A DNA stretch of 64,000 nucleotides from Eledone cirrhosa (GCA_964016885.1 OZ024747.1:35898001-35962000); one strand, 5' to 3'. Counted from the stretch's first letter, positions 14,585 to 27,958 are shown. The notes: generated from the letters alone by a model not told the origin. Program-made: numbers and translations.

Positions 14585-14919
14585 TGGGGATTCTTTTCTT
14601 TGTTTTTGTGCCTCTCCTTTGTTCTGTCCTACGACATTCGGCAATAAACATAAACGAATTACAACCAAAATTAAATAGAAAACAGGAGTGGAACAGCCAC
14701 ATCACAACTTACAATTAAGGACAAAATGAAAACACACACGCACATAGAACAATCAACCAGCCTGTAACATGTAAATAAACAAATAAATAAACGAATATAA
14801 ACACACACATACACCCGGATGTGGCGCATGCGCAGACTGAGCATACAACACACACACAGAAACAAAATGGCGTAGGACAGAACAAAGGAGAGGCACAAAA
14901 ACAAAGAAAAGAATCCCCA

Positions 14920-14962
14920 GTCACTGAAGAGGTCACATGATGTGTGACGAAATAACTTTGAC
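14920..14962 (+). ncRNA. Minimal type I hammerhead ribozyme (second copy, stem III mutated)
   Basis: GTCA-CTGAAGA-G-GTCACA-tgatg-TGTGAC-GAAA-TAAC-TT-TGAC. Confidence 0.7.
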
Positions 14963-15112
14963 AATATATATAAACAACTATCTGGTTGTGGAACCAACCA
15001 ACCAACCAGAAATTTATAAATTCTTAAATGTATAAATTTATTATAATAAATTGAAGTGAAAGCACTGGTGCGTGTGTTTCTTATTGGCAACATGACCCTC
15101 CCAAAGTATAAC

Positions 15113-15217
<105 letters not shown>

Positions 15218-15589
15218 TGTATATATATATATTCGGCATATATACTGTACATACATTCATGTATACATTGCTATTTCAGAGCATCAATCCTAATACCTAA
15301 TTTTTGCTGGACCGGCAATCGCTCTGTATAATCACCTCCTGATTATTACTGCAATTCTATAATTTTTGGCGGAAGCAGGGGGTGCGTGGATGATCACCAA
15401 CCAGCGTGAAACACACTGTTAGCTTCTCTCCCTTCTTTCGCTGAAAAGAAGTAAATGACATATTCACTTCTTTAAAACAGATAGCGAATCATCTTCTAAA
15501 TGTGCTTAATTAAACATACCGTATATTGCCAAATATGGTATATATACATCGCTATATAAGACCACCAATCCTAATACCATATATATATA

Positions 15590-15630
<41 letters not shown>

Positions 15631-15812
15631 CCAAACCCAGCACGAGTTCATTGAAGTGTGTTGGACGGAGAGTAGCTGATGGACAGTATGTCATCAAATA
15701 TTGACCAGAATTTATGATGACATAGAAAAACAACAGCCAATAGCAAGACAAGCGAGGAAGATTTTTTTAAAGCTAACACACCAGTGAGAACATTTGTTCC
15801 GAAAGTATTGCT

Positions 15813-15902
15813 TGTGTCCGACGAACCTACAGATCTAGAATCGGACAGATCCATACAATGATCGTGTCTCGAGCTATCTGCCGGCGAAACAATTGTAACA
15901 CA
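15813..15902 (+). ncRNA. Type I hammerhead ribozyme with one core substitution and long stem II
   Basis: TGTGT-CCGACGA (T>C relative to CTGACGA), long irregular hairpin (CAGAT...GACA GATC/GATC TGTC...ATCTG), GAAA-CAATTG-TA-ACACA. Confidence 0.65.
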
Positions 15903-15942
15903 CAATAAACTGAGTCCAGATGCATCACTGATTTTCCGTTTA

Positions 15943-16046
<104 letters not shown>

Positions 16047-16074
16047 ACGCACAAATTATATATAGTAGACGCCA

Positions 16075-16505
16075 AGCACCCAACCTAAAGAAACTGCTTA
16101 CCAATGCAAAATGTACGTCTGACAATGAAGCAATGCAAGTTAAGAAGTGCAGGGACCCTCGATGGGGAACTTACGAACACGTTGAAGAGGATCGACAAAT
16201 CTCGTTTAAAAACAACCAGTTTTTCACAGTCAATGCAAACATGAATTGCAAAACCAAAAATTTGATTTACTGTGCAACATACCCACAATATAAAAAATAC
16301 TACATTGGTGAAACCGGAACGGGTCTAGATGAGTACATAAACATCAAATTAGAGACCGCTCTGTCAGAAACAACACATGCAGGGAACACTTCGCCACATG
16401 CCGAAAGGGAAAATTAACAATTTCAAAACATGATCGGACAACGAACATTTCCGAAAATATAAAGAGGATTTCTTTATTAGAAAGTACAAACCACTACTGA
16501 ACACA
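16075..16505 (+). pseudogene. Decayed PLE linker plus GIY-YIG endonuclease (Neptune-like Cys linker)
   Basis: NLKKLL...VKKCRDPRWGT...MNCKTKNLIYCATYPQYKKYYIGETG; after frameshifts, FRKYKEDFFIRKYKPLLN. Confidence 0.8.
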
Positions 16506-16741
16506 TGTATGTACATGCATGTGTGGATGTATGTATGTGTATGTATATGTATATATTTCGGTGTAGAGAGTTAGAACATTTACCAACATATGTGTACAGA
16601 TGTTCACCTGTGCTAGCAAATATATATGTTATGTCTTAGTACCTTTGTGGTTCTATGCAGGGGGATGCAGAACAATTATATGAAAGACGTAAAATAAGAA
16701 AATTAAAAAAATTAAAAATCAACTTACTTACTAAAATGTTC

Positions 16742-16823
16742 ACTCCAACTAATTAGTTTCTGTAAGGGGATAAATATAGTTACATAATATAACTATAGAG
16801 AATTCATTACGTCATCAGGGAGT
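16742..16823 (-). ncRNA. Intact type I hammerhead ribozyme (unit 1)
   Basis: Minus strand reads ACTCC-CTGATGA-CGTAA...TATAGTTA/TAACTATA...TTACA-GAAA-CTAATTAG-TT-GGAGT; palindromic stem III ACTAATTAGT. Confidence 0.85.
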
Positions 16824-17278
16824 CTATTCTCAGCTAAGTTCCCAGACGAAGCGCGGACACTAGGAACCCATATAAAAATAATAATAATTCAGTGGATGGA
16901 ATAAAGCTAGCGAGGACTAAATTCCGGAGCACTGAAAAAATTCACTGCATCTGGTCAGTGGCAGATTCTAAAGAATCAATCACGTGGCACTGAGCTTAAT
17001 CAGTTAGGAGCGGGATGGTATTATGACAAAAGCCTACTACTACCATGAATCAGCAGTAAATTTTGGCAAGTTTTGCTCAACAAATAATTTGATATAAATA
17101 TAGAGAATTAGTACATTTACCAACATATGTGTACATATGTTCACCTATGCTAGCAAATATATATGTTATGTCTTAGTACCTTTGTGGTTCTATGCAGGGG
17201 GATGCAGAACAATTATATGAAAGACGTAAAATAAGACAATTTTAATAATTAAAAATCAACTTACTTACTAACATTTTC

Positions 17279-17358
17279 ACTCCAACTAATTATTTCTGTA
17301 AGGGGATACATATAGTTACATAATATAACTATAGATAATTCCTTACGTCATCGGGAGT
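17279..17358 (-). ncRNA. Hammerhead ribozyme (unit 2) with single-base deletions in the core and stem III
   Basis: Minus strand reads ACTCC-CGATGA-CGTAAGG...CCTTACA-GAAA-TAATTAG-TT-GGAGT. Confidence 0.7.
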
Positions 17359-18452
17359 CTATTCCCAGCTAAGTTCCCAGGCGATACGCGGACACTAGGA
17401 ACCCATATAAAAAAAATAATAATTCAGTGGAGGGAATAAAGCTAGCGAGGACTAAATTCCGGAGCACTGAAAAAATTCACTGCCTCTGGTCAGTGGCAGA
17501 TTCTAAAGAATCAATCACGTGACACTGAGGTTAATCAGTTAGGAGCGGGGTGGTATTATGACAAGAGATTACTACTACCATGAATCAGCAGTAAATTTTG
17601 GCAAGTTTTGCTCAACAAATAATTTGGAGATAAATATAGAGAATTAGTAAATTTACCAACATATGTGTACAGATGTTCACCTATGCTAGCAAATATATAT
17701 GTTATGTCTTAGTACCTTTGTGGTTCTATGCAGGGGGATGCAGAACAATTATATGAAAGACGTAAAATAAGAACATTTTTTATAATTAAAAATCAACTTA
17801 CTTACTAACATTTTTAAATTTTTTTTAATTTTCTTACTTTACGTCTTTCATATATTTCGGTGTATATATATGTATGTGTATATATAAGCGAATGCATGTG
17901 TGTGTATATATGTGTATATATATATAAATATATATGTGTATATGTGTGTGTATGTGTGTATATAAATGTGTGTAGATATGTGTGTGTATGTGTGTATGTA
18001 TGTATGTAATATATATGGGCTGTAAATATATTTACATAGAGGGAAATGAATATGTGAGCTAGCATGTCCCCACCACACTTCCCCTCCCAAACGAATATCA
18101 ACAACATACATTTCTGACAAATATTCCAAAACTATCCTTCTTTTTTTTCTTTTTACTGTCATCCCATTCTTATCAAAAGACTTACACCTCATTAAAACCC
18201 ACCACCACCACCACCACCACCACCAGACACGCACCTAAATTTATCTTTGACATAGAAATTTGTAGCAGATATTCTTTATTAATTTAAGAGAGTTGATTCA
18301 GCGAAAACATCCTGCCATTATATTCATCAAAGGTCATCTATTGAAATGGGACCAGTAGGAGGGGATTTTTTACAACCTATTTCTTAAACACCCTTATCTT
18401 GCTGTCAACCTTCTGTGTGTATATATGTATCTATGTGTGTATATATATATAT

Positions 18453-18960
18453 TGTCAGGTCACCAGTTGGTGCTACTGGTAACATGTATCCCAGTACAAC
18501 CTGTCTCATGGTCGGGTCGTTGGCTACTAAACTGGCAACCCCACCAAGGTTTCTTGGTGAGGAGGGTGACAGGACATCCTGCAGGACTAAAAGCAAAACC
18601 TGTCAAAGGGCAAAGGAGCTCTTAAGAGTCAATGGCCATCCAAAATCACCGGGAGAGATGACCCCTTAGCCTTTGTCAAGGCAGAATTCTAGGAGAAGGA
18701 AAACTCTGATATAACACCTGCAACCCTGATGGTATCCAATGATGTTGACTTGTTCTTCTTTTTGGTAAATATCATATTGGTTAAGAGAGTGGGACTGGCT
18801 TTGTGCAGTGCCTTTGCTCACTATAAAAGCTTCACGGCTCAGGCATTGCTTTATATCTGGGACTAAAAAGTCACACTCGTGCAGCGTATCGGTAGGGGTT
18901 CTCCTACATGGATATAAAGTATTGGCCGTACTCGAAAACGAGTTGGCAGCCACCATGTGT
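18453..18960 (+). mobile_element. Short non-autonomous RTE-derived element (5'UTR joined to 3' end)
   Basis: Contains CTAGGAGAAGGAAAACTCTGA, which I recognise as an RTE 5'UTR motif. The 3' part (GACTGGCTTTGTGCAGTG, TCTGGGACTAAAAAGTCACA, ending CACCATGT plus GT-rich tail) resembles the RTE 3' end at 56690-57060. Confidence 0.55.
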
Positions 18961-19422
18961 GTATGTGTGATGCGTGTGTGTGTGTGCGCGTGTGTGTGTA
19001 TGCTTTAATTCCTTTAAATCTTCATCAACAATTACTTCACTCCCACAGTCATCAACACCACACCCAACACCCCAGACACATCCAAATCTCTTTTATATAC
19101 CGATTCACAGATCACAACACAACCTGATCTCAGTTTGACAATCGCCACCGCCACCGACGAATGCGAGAAAGTTCTCCAAGTAAGTTAACCAGGAATCTTT
19201 AAAATTCTTCTCACCGAAGTTAACAAAGAACTTACTGGATCTACCAACTCATAATATTATAAAATTATAAAATTAAATCAATTAATATTTAGAACTACAA
19301 GTGAAGTCATTCTTTTCCTTTTTATCAAATATATCTATATATATATATATACATACAAGTGTGTGTGTGTCCGTCCCTCTCTCTCTCTCTTTCTCTCTCT
19401 CTATATATATATCTCTCTCACC

Positions 19423-19480
<58 letters not shown>

Positions 19481-20239
19481 ATATATATGGAATTATTTTT
19501 AGAACATTTAGGAATCCTAGGCGCAGACACGTTTGTGTCCAGATTCTATTGCCATAAAAAATAGCTTACTGATGCGGGTGCATCACACATATGAACGGAA
19601 AAATTTGTTAGCAGCCGCTACCAAGAGTGAATTCCGACGTAAAACATTAAACAGAAATGTTTGGATCGATACAAATGCTTAAGCCTTTTTAAAAATGGGA
19701 GAAATGAAAAGAAGGATATACGGTCAAAGAAGTAGGGGTGTCCAGGATGGGGAAGGGGGGTGACAACTGAAGATGTACTATGTTGGAGTCAATAGCGTAC
19801 ACTGGCTAAATGATCTATCTTAGAAAAAATGTACTCACTGTAGTCGACATACGCTGCAAAGTCAGGGCCCCGGTAACTGTAATCTAACATATATCTGATT
19901 TTAAATAAAACCATCAATAAACCAGTCTCAATTCATCTTTCGAAATTTAGAGGTAACGAAATATTCCTGTGCACATTTGTTACAGGATTAAATTACAGTA
20001 TATTTCAAGATAAGTTAATATATTAAACAGACTGTAAATATATTCAACGCACACAGTGTTGCATGAATCAAGAAACATTTCCCACTCAATAAATCACTCT
20101 AAACTCTATAAATAATTTTTACTAGGCACAGAGGATTCGTTTATTAAGGCTTTTGGTGAGTATGTTTTCTTTATAATATCCAGTATTATTAAACAACATG
20201 TGTCAACTTTAAATCAGCAAGTTAAATTCCCTTCAATAA

Positions 20240-21941
20240 CACCGTGTAACATATTTTTGTTCCCCGATGTTAAGTGTCATTTCCTAGTATGTTATATCCC
20301 ATTATTATTTTTAAAAAATCACTATTATTTAATCAGAAGTTTGGGTTTGTGGTCAGGAGTTTGATATTTCGAAATTTTCATATTTTTTAAGAAAAAACAC
20401 ATTTTTTTAAAATCTATCAGTTCATATAATTAAATCAACAGAGTATATATTTATTTTATTACATAAGCTTATCAAAAGCTAACAAGTAAAAACAAATAAC
20501 ACTTATAATGCAACTTATACACGTCATACATGACTGGGTTTTCCTGGATTTGCGATTGTAGTCCTGGCGGCATTCCGAAATAGCCCGCAGATATATTCCC
20601 CCATCATTTTTTCATTGTAGTGGCCCTGGTACCTCCGCTCTATATCTTTCACATCTTGGTGGAATCGTTCGCCTTGTTCTTCTGAGTAGGCGCCCATATT
20701 GTCCTTGAACTTTTCCAGGTGAGCGTCCAGCATATGGAGATTAAGCAACATCTGCATCCCATGGTGCCAAAAGTCTTTATCATATCCTGCACCAGTTGTT
20801 GGTAGTTTTCAGCTCTGTAGTTGCCCAGGAAGCCCTTAACAACTGCCTTGAAACAGTTCCATGCTGTTCTATCAATCCTATTGAGCTTATTGGAGAAGTC
20901 GGTAGACTCAAACACCTTTTTTATCTGAGGTCAAACAAAAGTCCACCTGTGATTTTGGCCTCAGATAACTTGGGGAAGAACTCAAGAAGATACTTAAAGC
21001 GACTGATTCTTGTTTGAGAGGCTTCACAAACTGCTTCATCAACCCCAACTGTATGTGCAGTGGCGGCATGAGCATAATCCTGGGATCAACATGACGTTCC
21101 GGGTCCCAACTACAAATTCTGTTCGCTGCTCCAAGTTCTGTCTTTTGTAGTGGTCAGAAGTGGCTTTGCTGTCCCAAAGGCAGAGGAAGCATTGGAATTT
21201 AATAAAGCCTCCTTGGAGTCCAGGTAGGAAAGCCACCATCTTGAAGTCTCCAATAATTTCCCAATTGTACTGGTTGTATTGCAAAGCTTCCAAGAGGACA
21301 TTCACACTGTAGTAATCTTCCTTCAGGCAGACTGAATGAGCTAGGGCCAGTGTCGGAAACTTGTTTCCATTGTGGAGGAGGACAGCCTTCAAACTTGTGG
21401 TGGAGCTGTCTATAAATAGCCGCCACTCGTTGGGCACAAATGGCACCCCAATAACGTCAAACAGTCCAGGCACGTCATGACAGAAACAGAGGCCATCCCT
21501 AAGAGTGTAAAAGCCTGACAAAGGTTCGTGTTGACTTCTCTGACTTGTCATCTGCACTTTCTCCTTGACCAAGTTTCCCTGCTTCATCCTGGAGACGAAT
21601 GCTTAAAACACAACTTACCCTTTATTCAGGGTGCGAAAATCCTGTATCAATAAATCTCTTTAATCCGCTTTTTAACAATTTTATACTTTATTGCACTTTT
21701 ATCATTTTCTTTAGGTATTACTCTTTTTTTTATCATTTTAATTTAACCTGAAACATATATAAAAATATCATTTAAACTTACATATAACGTAAAATCCAGC
21801 ATAAAAATAATTCTAGTGAATAGCTTAGAATTTTTACAAGCCCAAACTTTTAACTTTTTGTATTTATTTGGGACCTAAGCAACACAAAAAAAGTGATTAC
21901 AAGACAGGAACAGAGAAAAAATGTGTTTTCGTTACACGGTG
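20240..21941 (-). mobile_element. Chapaev3-type (CMC superfamily) DNA transposon, internally deleted, with pseudogenised transposase (~20560-21600)
   Basis: TIRs CACCGTGTAAC at 20240-20250 and GTTACACGGTG at 21931-21941; TAA on both flanks (3-bp TSD). Protein motifs WRLFIDSS..SLKAVLLHNGN, CFLCLWDS, PPLHIQLG and SEEQGERFHQD..IERRYQG. Confidence 0.85.
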
Positions 21942-22559
21942 TAATCGGCTTGCACAGAACATAATTATTGAACGTGAAGCTGCCCAAGAGTAACATACTA
22001 CTAAGTAAAATCCCTGAATTATAAAGTTGGCTTGAACGCTATTTAACCGTTATAAACAACACATTATTTAGCCCATTTCCCAAATGCCATTATTTGATTG
22101 ATTATGTGATAGATCTCATCGCTATTTAAGTCTGATATCAACACAGTAGTATCAAAGGAATTAACGTCTTTCCAACATCATCGAAGACTGATAATTAAAT
22201 GTAGCAAATTCCACTTAGTGCTAATACATTTACTTACAACATATTCTCACGAAACTTTACACGCTCTAGTGATTTATTTCTCGTAACTGAAAGTTCTCTG
22301 TTATTCTCAGTACAATGACCACAACTGCCGCCAACAACTTTGGCAAACATGAAAATTCATTTAAAATAGAACGTCACTTGGCAAGAGTAAGTTAAATTGA
22401 AAACTAGTCTGCATGTTGGGAAATTGTAAAGAATATTTGATAAAATAAGTGAACGTTACGTTCGGTTATATTTTCTTTCATGTTTACTGTAGTAAGTCAA
22501 AGCGTCATACAGAGAATTATATAGGGATATTTTATCCAAACATCTTAGTTGGAGTCAGC

Positions 22560-23045
22560 TCCTTGATCTCCTGCCGTTTCCGTTTGCCCGTAAATTGTGT
22601 TCAGATGCTCTTTATTTAGATACTCTAACGACATCTCCATAGTAACCTTCAACCCAGAGATGTAGTTGCTATACTTGGCGCGATTCAGCGATTTCCAAAC
22701 TACGCCCTTTTCTATCGTCTAACGTCGCTGCAAAGTCACTTTGCGGGAACCCTATTTCGGTTGTTTGTATTCACGATCGTATAATTTCTGATCTTGCCCA
22801 AGAGTCATGACCATAGTTAAGGGTTGAAATGAATACTGAGTCGAAGATAACGAGTTTGGCTTTTACACCTAAATACTATATCCTGATGACAAAATGCCGA
22901 AGCCGGGCTTTACTGCGCCAGCTCTTGCAATATTTGCACTTAACTCAACTTTCTGCCTTCTATTATTCGTGAAAATGGCCCTCAGATAGGTAAACGTCTC
23001 TATCTGCATCAGTGAACCATTGACAATATATACAAACCCGTCCAC
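22560..23045 (-). pseudogene. Decayed RTE-clade LINE, C-terminal RT region
   Basis: QIETFTYLRAIFTNN...ANIARAGAV and KLVIFDSVFISTLNYGHDSW resemble the RTE thumb region; many stops and frameshifts. Confidence 0.6.
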
Positions 23046-24734
23046 ATTTATGGAAGCTAGGGTAACATTAATTGTATTACTATTGATGTATGTGCATATA
23101 CTAAAATATTGGACAACATTTCTCATTTTAATGATTTCCAATGTGATTGCTACATTCAGCATATAGCTGATCCTATCATTTATAATGATATTGGATATGG
23201 AGAGTTTAAGTACTATAACACATTTAAAAGAAAAGCTGAACAAGGTAATGTTCTACAATATATTGATGTTAATTATCACTTATGATGCTAGTATCTCTAA
23301 TTCTTCGTCAACTTTCAAGATATGTTGTTAAAGAATCACATCGAATGCTCCACACAAGGATGCCTTTCATATCAGTTTTACCTAATCAACAGTTTATCCG
23401 ATTAACAAAATTCATACGTCTGGAAGTAATGTGAACACAACTTAAATTACCACACATATGCGTGCCTTTAACTTAATTCTTGCAGAAAATCATGATTTGA
23501 CGCTGTTAGACGATTAAATTCCAACTAGAATCTTGAACGAATCAGAGTAGGAGAATAATATTGATTTCAGGATTGGAATACTAGTTACATTACTTACTGA
23601 GGAATGATGAAACGCAACGTTTTCTTCATTATTTATGAACACAAAATATTCGCAAGGTGTGACAGCTTATTGGTTATGTCATTCAAAAGAAATCATTAGG
23701 AAAGTCCCGATGATTTCGTTTGAATGAAACAGTTCTAGTCCTGTAGAAATCATTTCTACATTAAATTGAGTACCTTACTTACTGTGGTTAACCCCGATTG
23801 AACCAGGGATTCTGATATATTATATATTGAGAGAGAGAGAGAGAGATTATTTCCTCCAGAAGCATTGATGAAAGTAACAGAGATATTAATACTCATAAAA
23901 GCGCATCTTATATACACGCAGACATTGAAAGATATAAAAGAAAGCAGAAATTGTAATAACGTTTACGCATTAATATATGAAAATAATTGTCTGATATACA
24001 AATACACAAACATAAAAAGCGTGTAATAATTATTTTACAAAATTCAATATATCAAGCTAAAAGAATTATGAGTAATTGGTACGAATACAAATTTAAGAGG
24101 AATAATTGTGAATATTTTTTTCAGATTTTTCATATTCTTTCATTAATCTCATCTACTATATTATCTACCGCATTGCACCTATAAATTGCTGGAGTGTTTA
24201 TTTTTATGACCACTCCTTTTAATTGCTTGTGCTGAATTCCCACTTCTGAGTTAATCCCCTTATTTCCTTATTTGCTCTCAATTTATTTTAACGTATCGAT
24301 TATATCATTGTCAATTACAATTTTCAGAAGTAGTCCTTCTGGAATATAGATTTTCACATACATATATGAGAGTTATGAGAATAAATAGTCTGGAAAAGAA
24401 TATCAGGCTAAATCAAACACCTCATCATACATACAGAGCATGTTCGATCTCTATAGATGTAAGCATTATAACCAGCGTTAGTAATATTACATGTTACATT
24501 GAGCCAAACAAAATATGGAGAGATATATATTATTATAATATCGCCATTGTATTAACCTTTTAAACGTTTTCCCAGAATTAGTAATGGTTTGCCATGCTTC
24601 TATTTATGAATCATATAACCACTGGTTATATGATTCACTCATTCAAGACACCAGTTATCTATCAACGTGTGTCTAAAATCTTTCAAGTGAGACACTAAAG
24701 TTTCTGTTTTCATCCTCTTAATTTTGACTCATTT

Positions 24735-24786
24735 TTTGATAGCTAACATATACGGATATTTGATAGCTAACATATACGGATATTTG
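24735..24786. repeat. 24-bp tandem duplication TTTGATAGCTAACATATACGGATA x2
   Basis: Read directly. Confidence 0.9.
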
Positions 24787-24816
24787 CACAAGCATTTTCT
24801 CCTTGCAACCGGTCCC

Positions 24817-24940
24817 CATAATAATTGTTTCTACTTTTGGCACAAGGCTAGCAATTAACCAGTGTATTACTGGTACTTTATTTTCTCGACCCAGTAAGGA
24901 TGAAATGCAAAGTTACCCTCGGCGAGATTTGAACCGTAAA
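24817..24940 (-). mobile_element. SINE copy (same family as 3885)
   Basis: Reverse complement reads GTTCAAATCTCGCCGAGGGTAACTTTGCATTTCATCC...GGTCGAGAAAATAAAGTACCAG...TTGCTAGCCTTGTGCC. Confidence 0.75.
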
Positions 24941-27372
24941 GGGACGTTTGATTGTTGCTTCGTTTCTGCGCCATAAATGTTTTATTGGTTAATATCGTTA
25001 AGTATCAATTTTTGGATACAAATTTATTGCAGATACAATCTTTTTTAAGGGATCACATATTCCGAACTGAAACTATGTTATGTGTTTTAATATACTCATT
25101 TAATTCGGTATCTGCTGAGTGGTTTCGTCACCTAATGTCTCGTTCCTTTAAACAAACTAACTATTTATTTAAATTGCAATTATTTAATATGCTCCTTGTG
25201 TTTATTTATTTGATTATAATTCCATAATGCATACTGTTTAACATTGTGTAGTTTATTCTCACATCGTGTGAATGATCTATCCCCAAACATTTGCTCAATA
25301 ATTTCCTATATCCTATTTTCTATTTCATTGTATTTATTTATTCATTGCGTGATATTTAACTATTTTCTCTAACAATAAAACTTTTATTGTGGTTAATGTT
25401 ATCTATATTATGTTTACTATTACTCTCTTTGCGTTATCAGTTTTGCGAATATGCAACGGATCAATTATTTTTCACGGCGTTTCTCTCGTTTTGCACGAGA
25501 ATAATATTTTTTGTTGGGTGGGGTGGGGGTGGGGGGCTATATTTGGAAATACTAATATAATTATATATATATATGTATGTGGTGATTGATTTTTTTCACT
25601 TTAGATTATATAAATATAAGTTCTTGATTTATTGCATTCAAATATAAATGTAACCTTCATTAATTACTTAGTCTTTTTATTATAACTTTTTTCTCACCGA
25701 TTTCCATCGCAGCTCTCCGCGATTTTTATTAAGATTCCTTGTAAGCGTACTTGAGTGATGTGCCGCCTATATTTACCGGATTTACTCGTCGTTTTTAGGC
25801 TTTCGGCAATATATATTATATTAGTTCTCTTTAAAGTACAATATTTTATTTAGTACCAATGTATTTTCTTATCTGTAATTTAAGTGCGATATGAAACTTT
25901 AAAACATAACAGCCAACCATCATTAAACATTATGTAACAACTTCCACTTGCACACATATTCATGGGGCATTCAAAACTGAAAACAAGAAAGTGAAGGAGT
26001 TTGAAGTGACAAGATTTTGGTATATCGAAAGAAATATTCCTAGTTAATGTGGGACATCTATCATCTGGGATGTGTTATTTGAAGAACAACATCTAGATTA
26101 TGGCACGACTTGACCATACTTAGGTTCTGTTTTAAAGAGTTTAGTTAATTTTAAAAACAAGATATGACGTATAAAACAATCTGCAGCCTATTAAGTTTGA
26201 ACAGTTTGACAGAGAGAATTAGAGGAAACATAATAATAACAGATTGAAACGGATAAGTATGTTGTGGTGTAAATAGGGGTGTAATGATAACCTCAGTATA
26301 TTGCGGGCCAAATAATTGTTGTATATCTGAGTAGAAATTCCACTTTATTTGGCTTTACATTTGGTTGTATATTTGGCTTAGCATTCAAATATTTGTAAAA
26401 TATTATACCAGTCATGTACTTGATCAATATTATCGATGATTACCTCCCCGTAAATTTCTAGCTTTATGCCTATGTTATGTTTATTATTATTGATGATTTG
26501 AAAAGTAAATATGTTGATTGCTGGAAATTCTACTGTACATCGAGTCTCAACAATGACGTTGGAAAACAATATTTTCTTAGTTCATATGCAAACCTTTATT
26601 TAGAATCTTTTTTTATTTCGAGGTATTTTACCTGAAATAACGCCTCAGTTTAAAGTTTATAGAGCAAAAAGTTCGTATTACAACTGGAAATAATTTGATG
26701 TAATGTGACAGAATTGGGCATATTCGTGGAATTTCGATCTCCATGCCAGTAAATTTGATTTGTTTCCTTCTTATCTATAGCTTGCACCTCACGGTAACAA
26801 TAACATGGTACATAATCGACTACAAAAACAGTCAATCGCAAAGTAAATAGCTGAGAAAATCGTACCGTGCCCCTAGGAGCGATGGTGACATGGAGCGAAG
26901 TGCCCGCAAGGAATACCGCTCACCATCTCCTCGAATAAAGAGCTGGTTCTTTACCGATTAAATTAAACACGACTGAGCCACAAATATACGTTGGACGAAA
27001 TATTGCGCACATATTTAGTTACGGGATTAAAATATTCTAAAAGACGTATATATTTGGTCCGGATTCCCTTATCGTAAAGAGGAATGAACTCACAAGTATT
27101 TTGAAAAACTCCTCACCGGGGACACTGTCCGTTTCTCTATTTTGTTTTTTTTTGTGTCTAGTGGGGATATATATATAAGTATGTGTATGTGTGTATATGT
27201 ATATATATATATAGATAGATATATACATATATATACATATATATATATACACACACACACACAGAAGGATACTGGAGATAACACATATAGGTCACTTTGA
27301 GCCAATCCTCTGCGAAACGGGCGTCGATACGCAATATATGTTGTTCGTATGTAAACACAACTTCTTATTTTC

Positions 27373-27434
<62 letters not shown>

Positions 27435-27857
27435 TATATATATATGTATATATATATATGTCTATGTGTGTGCTGTTAATGAGGTGTGCAAACAAAAATG
27501 AAGCGAGGCAGAGAACGAGATAATATATTGGATTATGTTTTTAATATATTTTCTAGTTATTATCTTTGTGTTAATACATTCAACATTGCATATTTTTGTT
27601 GTTTATTTTTCTTTTTCTTTTTGTGGTGAAATGATAAAGTATCTTTTTTCCTTTTTAATGATATTCGCTGCATATTTGGGTTCTGCTAGCCTGCCGCAAG
27701 CGAAACATTGAAATAATTAGGGAGATGTTACACTCATAGATTTAGTCATATATAGATATATACGTTTATACATAGACAGTGTATACAAACATACACACCT
27801 ATATATATATATATATATATATATATACGTGTGTGTGTATGTGTGTGTGTGTGTGTG

Positions 27858-27958
<101 letters not shown>

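Larger units (their letters stand above)
16551..17864 (-). mobile_element. Tandem ~536-bp HHR-containing units (2.3 copies) with terminal fold-back and 15-bp TSD; retrozyme-like or multimeric pLTR insertion
   Basis: Units start at 16564, 17101 and 17637. ATATATTTCGGTGTA occurs at 16551-16565 and 17850-17864. Fold-back at 17811-17854. No ORF. Confidence 0.8.

Noticed and set aside
16564-17815. Tandem repeat considered as CRISPR array or satellite
   Set aside because: Units are ~536 bp with no spacers, the context is eukaryotic, and a TSD plus HHR explain it better.
26965-27010. GCCA...TGGAC-GAAA-TATT resembling a minimal HHR
   Set aside because: No CTGANGA core; too degenerate to call.
27262-27330. 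GAAACGGGCGTC, 3' half of an HHR with partial stem II
   Set aside because: The 5' core is missing (truncated at a CA repeat); probable relic only.
27668-27715. CTGCTA-GCCTGC/GCAAGC-GAAACATTGAA
   Set aside because: Core and stem II are imperfect; could be chance.
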